Below, piece by piece: positions 42,631 through 51,838 of a DNA stretch of 64,000 nt. The stretch covers positions 1,888,001 to 1,952,000 of the forward strand of contig CAVVHE010000004.1 in assembly GCA_963748015.1 (NCBI GenBank). Reading direction: 5' to 3'. The position numbers and the translations under genes were made by a program. Source of the DNA: Terriglobia bacterium (lineage in GTDB: Bacteria > Acidobacteriota > Polarisedimenticolia > Polarisedimenticolales > JAIQFR01). The notes beneath the pieces are model-generated. The model worked only from the letters and a program-made list of their open reading frames with translations, was not told the DNA's origin and searched no databases. The first letter of the stretch is position 1. Each line of letters opens with the position of its first letter.

Positions 42631-43515
42631 ATGTCGGAGTTCGTGCAGAGTCCAGCGGTGCCGGCGGCGTTCCTGAGGGACGTCGTCGAGCTCGGCAAGC
42701 CGAGGATCACCAGCCTGGTGTCGTTCACCGCGGCGATCGGGTGGTTCATGGCGCAGGGAGCGGCCGAGCCGGGGCGCGCGGCGGCGTTCCTGGCCGGGAC
42801 GGTGCTCCTCGTGGCCTCGGCGAACACGCTCAACTGCTGGATGGAGCGGGACAGCGACGCGCGGATGGTGCGGACGAGGGACCGGGCGCTGCCCGCGGGG
42901 AGGCTCGAGCCGGGCGCGGCCCTCGCGGCCGGGATCGCGGAAGCCGCGGTGGCGGTGACGTTGCTGGCGCTCGCGTCGAACGCCCTCACCGTCCTCCTCG
43001 GCGCGCTGGCGCACGCGACCTACGTCCTCGCCTACACGCCGCTCAAGCGCGTGAGCCCGGTCTCGCTCCTGGTCGGCGCGGTCCCCGGCGCGATCCCACC
43101 CCTGATGGGGTGGGTGGCGGCGACGGGCTCGGCCTCGGCGCCGGGGTGGGAGTTGTTCGCGATCCTGTTCTTCTGGCAGATCCCGCACTTCATCGCGGTG
43201 GCGCTCTACCTCGAGGAGGACTACCGGCGCGGCGGTCTCAGAGTGCTGTCGGTCGCCCACGGAGGCGCCGCGGCGAAAAGGCACCTGCTGGCCGGAACCG
43301 CGGCGCTCGTCGCCGCCAGTCTCGTCGCCGTCCCGCTGGGGATGGCCGGGGTGGCCTACCTCCTGGCGGCGTGCGCGCTCGGCGCGGCGTTTCTATGGCT
43401 GGCGTGGGTCGGCGTGAGCCGGGCCGCGGGCGGCGCGTGGGCGCGCCGGACCTTCCTCTATTCGCTCGTGTACCTGACCGTCCTCGTCACCTTCCTCGTC
43501 CTCGACGCGCGGTAG
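42631..43515 (+). CDS. cyoE: Protoheme IX farnesyltransferase (heme O synthase)
   Basis: KPRI, N..ERDSDARMVRTRDRALPAG, YTPLKR, GAVPGAIPPLMGW, WQIPHF. Confidence 0.93.
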   Translation: MSEFVQSPAVPAAFLRDVVELGKPRITSLVSFTAAIGWFMAQGAAEPGRAAAFLAGTVLLVASANTLNCWMERDSDARMVRTRDRALPAGRLEPGAALAAGIAEAAVAVTLLALASNALTVLLGALAHATYVLAYTPLKRVSPVSLLVGAVPGAIPPLMGWVAATGSASAPGWELFAILFFWQIPHFIAVALYLEEDYRRGGLRVLSVAHGGAAAKRHLLAGTAALVAASLVAVPLGMAGVAYLLAACALGAAFLWLAWVGVSRAAGGAWARRTFLYSLVYLTVLVTFLVLDAR

Positions 43516-43519
43516 AGCG

Positions 43520-44572
43520 GTGGAAGCTCCTCGGGCTTCCGACGCGGTCCTGGCCGGGGACGCGCAGGGCATGGGCGGCGGACCTTCGGCCGCTCCCTTC
43601 CTGTCCATCGAACAGCTCGTGGTCCGCCGCGGCGACAGGACCGTGCTCGACGGCGTCTCGTTCGACGTCGGCCGCGGCGAGATCTTCGGCCTACTCGGAC
43701 CGAACGGCGCGGGAAAGACGTCGTTGTTCCAAGTCCTCACGGGGATCCTCTCGCCGTCCTCGGGGCGCCTGCTCCTCGAGCGGAGAGCCCTCGATCCGGG
43801 AGCGCGGGCCTTCCGGGCGCTCGCCGGCGTCGTGTTCCAGGAGCCGGCACTCGACCCGCGCCTCACGGCGAAGGAGAACCTTCTCCTGGCCTCCCGCCTC
43901 TACGGCGTTCCGCGGGCGGCGGCCCGGGAGCGCATCGCGGGCCTTCTCGCGGATTCGGGCCTCGCGGACCGGGCGGACGAGCCGGTCAGCCGCCTGTCGG
44001 GCGGGATGCGGCGCAAGGTCGAGATCGCGCGCGCCCTCGTCCACGATCCCGCGGTCCTGATCCTCGACGAGCCGACGACCGGACTCGACGAGGCCGCCTT
44101 CCGCTCGACGTGGGAGCGCCTCCTCGCGCTCAAGCAACAGCGAGGCCTGACGATGCTCCTCACCACGCACCGGCCGGAGGAAGCGGAGCGCTGCGACCGC
44201 CTCGCCGTGCTCGACGGAGGACGGGTCGTGGCCTGCGACACGCCGGACCGGCTCCGCGAGCGGGTCCGCGGCGACCTCCTCGTGATCGAGGCCGAAAGCC
44301 CGGCCGAGATCGCCCGCACGATCGAGGAGAAGTTCGGCATCGCCGCGCGGGTCCTCGAGGGGAAGGTCGTCCTGGAGAGGGAGCGCGTGCACGAGCTGAT
44401 CCCCCGGCTCGTGGAAGCGTTCCCGGGCGGATCCCTCCGCTCGGTGAGCATGAGGAAGACCGGCCTCGGCGAGGTGTTCCTCGAGCTGACCGGTCACGAC
44501 CTGTCGGGCGCTACCGTCCCGGACGGGCCGGACGACACCAAGCCGGCGAAGCGCGGGCGGAGATCGCGATGA
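43520..44572 (+). CDS. ABC transporter ATP-binding protein
   Basis: GPNGAGKT, LSGGMRR, LDEPTTGLD. Confidence 0.92.
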   Translation: MEAPRASDAVLAGDAQGMGGGPSAAPFLSIEQLVVRRGDRTVLDGVSFDVGRGEIFGLLGPNGAGKTSLFQVLTGILSPSSGRLLLERRALDPGARAFRALAGVVFQEPALDPRLTAKENLLLASRLYGVPRAAARERIAGLLADSGLADRADEPVSRLSGGMRRKVEIARALVHDPAVLILDEPTTGLDEAAFRSTWERLLALKQQRGLTMLLTTHRPEEAERCDRLAVLDGGRVVACDTPDRLRERVRGDLLVIEAESPAEIARTIEEKFGIAARVLEGKVVLERERVHELIPRLVEAFPGGSLRSVSMRKTGLGEVFLELTGHDLSGATVPDGPDDTKPAKRGRRSR

Positions 44573-45363
44573 GCGCCCTCGCGAGCGATCTCGACACCAT
44601 TGCCGTGCTGTGGCGGCGCGACCTCGTTGTTTTCGTCCGGCAGCGTAGCCGGCTGGTGGGCGCCCTCGCGCAGCCGCTCCTCTTCTGGCTCGCGATCGGC
44701 GCGGGAATGGCCCCGTCGTTCCGGCTCGCCGGCGGCGAGCAGGGGTACATGGGGTACTTCTTCCCGGGAATCGTGCTGATGCTGGTGCTGTTCTCGGCGA
44801 TCTCCTCCACGATGTCGGTGATCGACGACCGGCACCACGGATTCCTGCAGGGGGTGCTCGCGGGCCCCGGCTCCCGCGCCGCCGTCATCCTCGGCAAGGC
44901 GCTCGGCTCCACGACGATCGCGCTCGTCCAGGCGGTGCTCCTCCTCGCGTTCGCGCCGTTCGCGGGGCTCCCGCTCGCCGGCGTGGCGTGGGGGGCGCTG
45001 GCCGCGGTGCTGACGCTGACCTCTCTCGGGCTCTCGGGGATCGGCCTCGCCATCGCCTGGAGGCTCGACTCGACGTCCGCCTACCACGTCGTGATGAGCG
45101 TGGTGCTGATCCCGCTCTGGATGCTGTCCGGCGCCGTCTTTCCCGCGGCGGGACTCCACCCCGTGCTCGGGACGATCGTGCGGCTCAACCCGATGAGCTA
45201 CGCGGTGGCCGCGACGAGGCGCGCGCTGCACGGCGGGACGCTCCCCGTGGGCGCGGGGCTGCCGGGATCGAGCGCGCTCGTCGAGATGGCTATCGTGGCG
45301 GGACTGGCCGTCGCGGCGATCGGCGCGGCGGCCTGGGTGGCCGGAAGACGCACTCAGGCCTGA
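44569..45363 (+). CDS. ABC-2 type transporter permease
   Basis: Six TM helices; LSGAVFP, LNPMSYAV; ATGA overlap. Confidence 0.9.
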   Translation: MSALASDLDTIAVLWRRDLVVFVRQRSRLVGALAQPLLFWLAIGAGMAPSFRLAGGEQGYMGYFFPGIVLMLVLFSAISSTMSVIDDRHHGFLQGVLAGPGSRAAVILGKALGSTTIALVQAVLLLAFAPFAGLPLAGVAWGALAAVLTLTSLGLSGIGLAIAWRLDSTSAYHVVMSVVLIPLWMLSGAVFPAAGLHPVLGTIVRLNPMSYAVAATRRALHGGTLPVGAGLPGSSALVEMAIVAGLAVAAIGAAAWVAGRRTQA

Positions 45364-46196
45364 GCGGCGCCGCGCGTGACCCGCGCGCGCCGGCAGGCGC
45401 CGTCCTGCTCTTCGGCGAGCAGGCGGCGAAGCGATACGAGGGCGCGCGTCTCGAGCTGCCGGACGCGCTCGCGGCTCAATCCGAATCTCCGGGACACGTC
45501 GGCGAGGGTCCTCGGCGGCCGTCCGTCGAGTCCGAACCGCAGCTCGACGATCTGGCTCTCGCGCACGGGAAGCCGGGAGAGGATCCGCCCCAGGAGCGAG
45601 AGGCGCTCCTCCCGCAGCAACTCCTCGTCGGGCGATCCCATGGTCTGCTGGGGCAGGGTATCTTCCACGCTGAGGCTCGAGTCGGGGCTCAAGTGCGTTC
45701 CGAAGGGGACCTCCCTCGTCGAGAGTCCGAGCAGGAGATCCACGTCGCTCGTCCGCATCCCCGCGCTCTTGGCGATCTCCTCGCTCGTCGCCGGCCGGCC
45801 GAGCAAGGCGGCGGCTTCCCTCTCCGCGGCGCGTACCAGCGAGAGGTGGCGGAGGCGGTAGCGCGGAAGCCGGACGAGCGCCGCCTGGCGCGACACCGCC
45901 TCGACGATCCGCTTGCGGATCCACCACGTGGCGTAGGAGACGAACTTCACGCCGCGCGCCGGGTCGAAGCGGGCCGCCGCCTCCAGCAGCCCGACGATCC
46001 CCTCGGCGAGAAGGTCCTCGAGCGGCACGCCGAAATGCCGGTATTCGCGGGCGACCCAGAAGATCGAGCCGCGATGCGCATCGATCCAGTCGGCGCTCGA
46101 GGGGCCGCGGGCATCGCCGGGCGCGCCGCTCCCGCGCGTCCCCATCGTCCCGGTCCGACGGGGGCCAGGCGCCGCCCCCTCCGAGATCGTGCCCAT
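45354..46196 (-). CDS. Sigma-70 family RNA polymerase sigma factor (regions 2-4)
   Basis: DLLAEGIVGLLEAAARFDP..KFVSYATWWIR, LSRERVRQLE; start could be 46196 or 46145. Confidence 0.88.
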   Translation of the reverse strand: MGTISEGAAPGPRRTGTMGTRGSGAPGDARGPSSADWIDAHRGSIFWVAREYRHFGVPLEDLLAEGIVGLLEAAARFDPARGVKFVSYATWWIRKRIVEAVSRQAALVRLPRYRLRHLSLVRAAEREAAALLGRPATSEEIAKSAGMRTSDVDLLLGLSTREVPFGTHLSPDSSLSVEDTLPQQTMGSPDEELLREERLSLLGRILSRLPVRESQIVELRFGLDGRPPRTLADVSRRFGLSRERVRQLETRALVSLRRLLAEEQDGACRRARVTRGAAQA

Positions 46197-46449
46197 CCCC
46201 TCTCCCCCTCGACGCGCGGAGCCGGAACCGCTCGGCCCGCGCTGTCCGGACTCTAGGGGAAAGGTGCTGCGCCAGGAAAGCGGAAAACACCGTCGAACCC
46301 GGTTGCTGCGGACACCCGGACCGCACTCGCCGCGGAGCGCCGCGGGGATGCCTTGCCCGGGGCGCAGGACGGGCGTTTTCCTCCGGTGGGCTGGACACTC
46401 TTCGCGGGCCGGGATAGTCTCTTCGGCCCTCGTCGACAAGGAGCCGTTC

Positions 46450-46992
46450 ATGCGTGAAAAGGTCCGAAAACTCTGGCCCGAGATCGACTGGATCGCCGAC
46501 GCCGCGCTCCGCGAAAAGGTCCTCGCCACGTGGGTCAAGGCCTTCGAGCTGAGCCCCCTGACGCCGGAGGACCTCCACGAGATTCCCTTCACGCTGCTGG
46601 TGCCGAACTGCACGGTCACGTTCATGGAGCACAAGCGCTGCGTCGTCCACATCGCCCGGCGCGCCGCGGAGTCCATGAAGGAGTACCTCGGGAAGGCGCT
46701 TCCCATCGACATGGACACCGTGATCGCCGGCGCGATACTCGCCGACGTCGGCAAGCTCCTCGAGTACGAGAAGGTGGACGGCAAGTCGCGGCAGAGCGAG
46801 CGCGGGGAGAATCTCCGGCACCCGTTCACCGGCGTCGCCGTCGCGATGATGTGCGGCGTCCCCGACCGGGTCTGCCACATCATCGCCGCCCACGCCGGCG
46901 AGGGGGACATGGTCAAGCGCAGCACCGAGGCCTACATCGTGCACCACGCCGACTTCATGAGCTTCCTCCCCTTCAAGAACCTCAAGAAGTGA
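46450..46992 (+). CDS. HD-like phosphohydrolase (HD motif reads AD)
   Basis: EH..V, AGAILADVGKLLEY, RH, HIIAAH, HHAD. Confidence 0.75.
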   Translation: MREKVRKLWPEIDWIADAALREKVLATWVKAFELSPLTPEDLHEIPFTLLVPNCTVTFMEHKRCVVHIARRAAESMKEYLGKALPIDMDTVIAGAILADVGKLLEYEKVDGKSRQSERGENLRHPFTGVAVAMMCGVPDRVCHIIAAHAGEGDMVKRSTEAYIVHHADFMSFLPFKNLKK

Positions 46993-47000
46993 GGGAACCG

Positions 47001-48398
47001 ATGAGCGCGACACCCCAGGCGAAGAACGAGACGATCACCGCGAAGATGGCCCGCTGGGCCGCGGACCTCCGCTTCGAGCACCTGTCGGCCGACGCCGTCC
47101 ACCAGGCCAAGCGGTACCTCCTCGATTCGATCGGCTGCGCCCTCGGCGGCTACCTCCAGCACGACGTCCGGATCTCCCTCGAGGTGCTCGGCGAGCACGC
47201 GGGCAGGGGGCCGTCGACGGTCATCGGCACCGGTACCAAGATGGACCCGGTCACGGCGTCGCTTCTCAACGCCCTGATGGTCCGGGTCATGGACTACAAC
47301 GACATCTACTGGAAGCAGGACCCGTCCCACCCCTCGGACATCATCCCGGCGGCGCTCGCCACGGGCGAGCGGACGGGGCGCGACGGACGCGAGCTGATCG
47401 TCGGGATCGTGCTGGGATACGAGTTCGAGCAGCGGCTTTGCGAGGCGGCCTTCCCCGGGATCAGGGAGCGCGGCTGGCACCACGCGACGCTCACCGCGTT
47501 CGCCTCCCCCGCCGTCGCGGGCCGGATGCTCGGCCTCGACGCGGGCAAGATCCAGCACGCGATCGGCATCTCCGGCTGCCGCCACTTCACGCTGGGCGCC
47601 GCGGTGGCCGGGAAGCTGACCATGATGAAGAACACGGTGGACCCGATGGCGACGCAGAGCGGGGTGCTCGGCGCCCTCCTCGCGGAAAAGGGGTACACCG
47701 GCCCCGAGCACGTCGTCGACGGCAAGGAAGGGATGGTCCACTGCCTCGGGCCGCAGTGGAAGCTCGAGATCCTGGTGGACGGGCTCGGGGACTCGTGGCG
47801 CATCACCCAGTGCGGCATGAAGGCGTTCCCGACCGAGGCCCTCACGCACACCCCGATCTCCGCGGTCCTCGACCTCGTCCGCGACAACGACCTCGCGCCC
47901 GAGCGCGTGGCGAAAGTCCATATCCGGTCGCTCGCCCGCGCGGCGGACATCCTGTCCGACCCGTCGAAGTACGACCCGCGCACCAAGGAGACCGCGGACC
48001 ACTGCCTTCCGTACGTGATCGCGGCCGCGATCGTCGAGCGGCAGGTGACGCCGGCGCAGTTCGCCGACGCGAAGATCATGGACCCCCTGATCCGCGCGCA
48101 GCTCCCGAAGGTCGAGGTCGTGGCCGACCCGGAGATCGAGAAGGTCTTCCCGGCGCTCCAGCGGGTGATCGTCAAGATCACGACGACCGACGGGAAGGAG
48201 TTCACGAAGCAGGTGGACTACCCGAAGGGGGACCCGCGCAACCCGCTCACCGACCGCGAGGTCGAGGAGAAGTTCGAGGCGCTCGCCGGGCCGGTGCTGA
48301 GCGCGGGGAGGCAGGCCAAGGTCAAGGAGACGGTCTGGAATCTCGACCGGCTCGGCTCGATCACGACCCTGATGGACCTCCTGAAGGCGGACCGGTAG
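47001..48398 (+). CDS. MmgE/PrpD family dehydratase
   Basis: LLDSIGCALGG, RVMDYND, HPSD, ETADHCLPY, PKGDPRNPL. Confidence 0.92.
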   Translation: MSATPQAKNETITAKMARWAADLRFEHLSADAVHQAKRYLLDSIGCALGGYLQHDVRISLEVLGEHAGRGPSTVIGTGTKMDPVTASLLNALMVRVMDYNDIYWKQDPSHPSDIIPAALATGERTGRDGRELIVGIVLGYEFEQRLCEAAFPGIRERGWHHATLTAFASPAVAGRMLGLDAGKIQHAIGISGCRHFTLGAAVAGKLTMMKNTVDPMATQSGVLGALLAEKGYTGPEHVVDGKEGMVHCLGPQWKLEILVDGLGDSWRITQCGMKAFPTEALTHTPISAVLDLVRDNDLAPERVAKVHIRSLARAADILSDPSKYDPRTKETADHCLPYVIAAAIVERQVTPAQFADAKIMDPLIRAQLPKVEVVADPEIEKVFPALQRVIVKITTTDGKEFTKQVDYPKGDPRNPLTDREVEEKFEALAGPVLSAGRQAKVKETVWNLDRLGSITTLMDLLKADR

Positions 48399-48407
48399 GA
48401 GGACGCC

Positions 48408-50342
48408 GTGGCACAGACCGCGATCGAGAAGATCGTCCAGGCGCACATGGCGGAGGGGCCGAAGGACCGGCCCGTCCGGGCCGGGGACTTCGTTTCCCTG
48501 AGGCCGCGTCACGTGATGACCCACGACAACACGTCGGCGGTGATGAAGAAGTTCAGGTCGCTCGGCGTGCCCAGGGTGAAGGACCCCGGGCAGCCGATGT
48601 TCGCCCTGGACCACGACATCCAAAACACCGCCGAGGACAACCTCAAGAAGTACCGCTCCATCGAGGCGTTCGCGAAGGAGCAGGGGGTGGACTTCTACCC
48701 GGCCGGGACCGGAATCGGCCACCAGGTGATGTGCGAGCAGCTCTACGCGGTCCCGGGCTCGCTCGTGGTGGCGTCCGACTCCCACTCGAACATGTACGGG
48801 GCGCTCGGCGCCCTCGGCACCCCGGTGGTCCGCACGGACGCCGCGGCGATCTGGGCGACCGGAGAGTTCTGGTGGCAGGTCCCGCCGATGGTGGAGGTCG
48901 TCCTCGAGGGGAAGCTCGCGGAAGGCGCCACCGGCAAGGACGTGATCATCGCGCTCGCGGGGCTCTACAAGAACGACGTGCTGAACGCCGCGGTCGAGTT
49001 CTCGGGCCCGGGGGTCGCCAGCCTCTCCATGGACGCGCGGATGAGCATCGCGAACATGACGACGGAGTGGGGGGCCCTCGTCGGCTGGTTCCCGGTGGAC
49101 CGCGTGACCCTCGACTGGATAAGGGCGCGCATGACCCGCGGGGTGAAGCGGGTGACCGCGGCCGACGTCGAGGGCTGGGAGAAGAACCCGCCGCGGCCGG
49201 ACCCGGGCGCGGCTTACGCCGCGCGGATCCGCCTCGACCTCTCCACGATCGCCCCTCACGTCTCGGGGCCCGACACGGTTCAGGTGGCGACCCCGCTCTC
49301 CGAGATCGAGCCGAAGAAGATCGCGATCCACAAGGCCTACCTGCTCTCTTGCGTCAACTCCCGCCTCGAGGACCTCGCGGCGGCCGCGCGGGTCCTGTCC
49401 GGTAAGAAGGTGAGCGGGAGCGTGGAGTTCTACCTCGCCGCCGCGAGCCGCGAGGTGCAGGACGAGGCCGAGAGGCTCGGCTACTGGAAGACGCTCCTCG
49501 ACGCCGGGGCGAAGGCGCTCCCTCCGAGCTGCGGCCCCTGCATCGGCCTCGGAACCGGCCTCCTCGAGCCGGGAGAGGTGGGGATCTCCGCGACGAACCG
49601 GAACTTCAAGGGGCGCATGGGCTCCCGGGACGCGAAGTGCTACCTCGCGAGCCCCGAGGTGGTCGCGGCCTCGGCGGTCGCAGGGTACATCTGCGGCCCC
49701 TCGAAGGCCGGGGGGAAGAAGCTCGAGAGGAGCATCGAGGTCCTCGCCGCTGCCGCGGCTCCCGCCGAGAAGGTGGCGATCCTGCCCGGCTTCCCCGAAA
49801 GGCACCGGGGGCGCCTCGCGTTCGCGCCGCAGGACAACCTCAACACCGACGGGATCTACGGGAAGGACTACACCTACCGCGAGGACATGACGCGCGAGGA
49901 GATGGCGCGCGTCGTCATGGAGAATTACGACCCCGAGTTCTCCGCCATGACCCGCTCCGGCGACGTCCTCGTGGGCGGCTTCAACTTCGGCACCGGATCG
50001 AGCCGCGAGCAGGCGGTCACCGCGCTCCAGGCCAAGGGGATCGCGCTGGTGATCGCCGGGAGCTTCTCGCAGACCTACCTCCGGAACGCCTTCAACAACG
50101 GGTACGTCTGCATCGAGGCGCCGGATCTCGTCCGGCGGCTCGGGACGCTCTTCGCGGCGGAGATCTCGGCCAAGAAGAAGACGGTCCTTCCCGGCGACGA
50201 GCTGGACATCGACTTCTCCTCCGGCTCGCTCTCGTACCGCGGCGAAACCTTCCGGTTCCCGCCGCTCGGGAGCGTGCCGCAGTCGCTCGTCGTCGCCGGC
50301 GGCGTCGAGAACCTCGTCAAGAAGAAGCTGGGCCTCGCCTAG
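48408..50342 (+). CDS. lysF: Single-chain homoaconitase-like hydratase (fungal Lys4/LysF type)
   Basis: MTHDN, DHDIQN, SDSHSNMYG, VRTDAAAIWATG..WWQVP, SCVNSR, CGPCIG, NFGTGSSREQ. Confidence 0.85.
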   Translation: MAQTAIEKIVQAHMAEGPKDRPVRAGDFVSLRPRHVMTHDNTSAVMKKFRSLGVPRVKDPGQPMFALDHDIQNTAEDNLKKYRSIEAFAKEQGVDFYPAGTGIGHQVMCEQLYAVPGSLVVASDSHSNMYGALGALGTPVVRTDAAAIWATGEFWWQVPPMVEVVLEGKLAEGATGKDVIIALAGLYKNDVLNAAVEFSGPGVASLSMDARMSIANMTTEWGALVGWFPVDRVTLDWIRARMTRGVKRVTAADVEGWEKNPPRPDPGAAYAARIRLDLSTIAPHVSGPDTVQVATPLSEIEPKKIAIHKAYLLSCVNSRLEDLAAAARVLSGKKVSGSVEFYLAAASREVQDEAERLGYWKTLLDAGAKALPPSCGPCIGLGTGLLEPGEVGISATNRNFKGRMGSRDAKCYLASPEVVAASAVAGYICGPSKAGGKKLERSIEVLAAAAAPAEKVAILPGFPERHRGRLAFAPQDNLNTDGIYGKDYTYREDMTREEMARVVMENYDPEFSAMTRSGDVLVGGFNFGTGSSREQAVTALQAKGIALVIAGSFSQTYLRNAFNNGYVCIEAPDLVRRLGTLFAAEISAKKKTVLPGDELDIDFSSGSLSYRGETFRFPPLGSVPQSLVVAGGVENLVKKKLGLA

Positions 50343-50373
50343 CCCGAACTGTCCTAGCCCTACGGAGACGATC

Positions 50374-51558
50374 ATGGCGAAACACACGGTGGTGGCGATG
50401 CCGGGGGACGGCATCGGGAAGACGGTGCTGAAGGAGTCGATCCGCGTCCTGAAGGCGGTGGGCTTCGACGCGGAGTACGTCCACGGGGACATCGGCTGGG
50501 ACTGCTGGTGCAACGAGGGGAACGCCCTGCCCGACCGGACGATCGCCCTCCTCGAGAAACACAAGCTCGGCCTCTTCGGCGCCATCACGTCGAAGCCGAA
50601 GAAGGCGGCCGAGGCGGAGCTGAAGCCGGAGCTCCGGGGGAAGGGGTACAGCTACTTCAGCCCGATCGTGACGATGCGGCAGCGGTTCAATCTCGACGTC
50701 TGCCTCCGCCCCTGCCGGTCCTTCCCGGGCAACCCCCTGAACTTCATCCGCAAGAAGGTGGACGGCGGCTTCGAGGAGCCTCCGGTGGACGCCGTCATCT
50801 TCCGCCAGAACACCGAGGGGATGTACGCCGGTGTCGAGTGGACCAACCCGCCGGACGCCGTCCGCCAGGCCCTCGCCTCCCACTCGAAGTTCAAGGCGTT
50901 CGCCACGGTCCCCGGCCCCGAGATGGCCGTGTCCGTCCGCATCATCACGCGAAACGCGTCCGCCCGGATCGCCCGCGCCGCGTTCCGGTACGCGAAGAAG
51001 CACGGGTACCGCGGCGTGACGGTGTGCGAGAAGCCGAACGTCCTCCGCGAGACCTCCGGAATGGTGGAGGAGGTCGCGAAGGAGGTCCAGAAGGAGTTCC
51101 CCGATCTCCCGCTCTGGTCCACGAACATCGACGCCCAGATGATGTGGCTGACGAAGAACCCCGAGGACTACGGCGTCATCATCGCGAGCAACCTGTTCGG
51201 GGACATCGCCTCGGACGCGTTCGCGGGGCTCGTGGGCGGCCTCGGCTTCGCATGCTCCGGCAACATCGGCGACGACGTGGCGGTCTTCGAGCCGACGCAC
51301 GGCTCGGCCCCCAAGTACGAGAAGCTCGATCCGCCGATCGTCAACCCGATCGCGATGATCCTCTCCGCCGCGATGCTGCTCGACCACGTCGGCGAGGAGG
51401 CCAAGGCCCGCTCCGTCCGCGATGCCGTCGCCAAGGTGGTCGCGGAAGGAAAGGTCCGCACGTACGACATGCTGCGCCTGCCGGGCGGTCCCGGCGTGTT
51501 CGAGCGCGGCGCCGCCACGACGATGCAGATGACCGACGCGGTCCTTTCGAAGCTGTGA
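50374..51558 (+). CDS. Isocitrate/homoisocitrate/isopropylmalate dehydrogenase family enzyme
   Basis: PGDGIG, FRQNTEG.Y, KPNV, NLFGDIASD, FEPTHGSAP, NPIA.ILS. Confidence 0.92.
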   Translation: MAKHTVVAMPGDGIGKTVLKESIRVLKAVGFDAEYVHGDIGWDCWCNEGNALPDRTIALLEKHKLGLFGAITSKPKKAAEAELKPELRGKGYSYFSPIVTMRQRFNLDVCLRPCRSFPGNPLNFIRKKVDGGFEEPPVDAVIFRQNTEGMYAGVEWTNPPDAVRQALASHSKFKAFATVPGPEMAVSVRIITRNASARIARAAFRYAKKHGYRGVTVCEKPNVLRETSGMVEEVAKEVQKEFPDLPLWSTNIDAQMMWLTKNPEDYGVIIASNLFGDIASDAFAGLVGGLGFACSGNIGDDVAVFEPTHGSAPKYEKLDPPIVNPIAMILSAAMLLDHVGEEAKARSVRDAVAKVVAEGKVRTYDMLRLPGGPGVFERGAATTMQMTDAVLSKL

Positions 51559-51591
51559 GGCAGGGGAAGCGGAAAAATCGGCTTGGACGCT

Positions 51592-51744
51592 CGGTCCGGG
51601 ACGGGGGCTCGGGGAAATCCTCGCGGGGGCGCTCGGGCGGCTCTCCTGAGCCGCCCTCGCTCCGCTGTCGCGCTCCTCTCGCTTCCTGCTCCGGCGCGCG
51701 ACAGAGGCCCCGCTGCGGTTTCCCCGAGCCCCCGTCCCGGACCG
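51592..51744. repeat. Long palindromic intergenic element inside the tricarboxylate operon
   Basis: Perfect 26-bp arms CGGTCCGGGACGGGGGCTCGGGGAAA / TTTCCCCGAGCCCCCGTCCCGGACCG with internal hairpins. Confidence 0.8.
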
Positions 51745-51838
51745 GAGGATAATCTCGATTCAGTGCTTGATACCCCGGCCCCATCCCGGCGGGCCGAGAG
51801 GTTCGTACCGGCAGCGATCGGAAACGCAGGAGGCAACG

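Noticed and set aside
48396..48410. PrpD and homoaconitase are in frame across a TAG (possible readthrough fusion)
   Set aside because: The spacer contains a good AGGAGG Shine-Dalgarno for independent initiation, and both proteins are full length.
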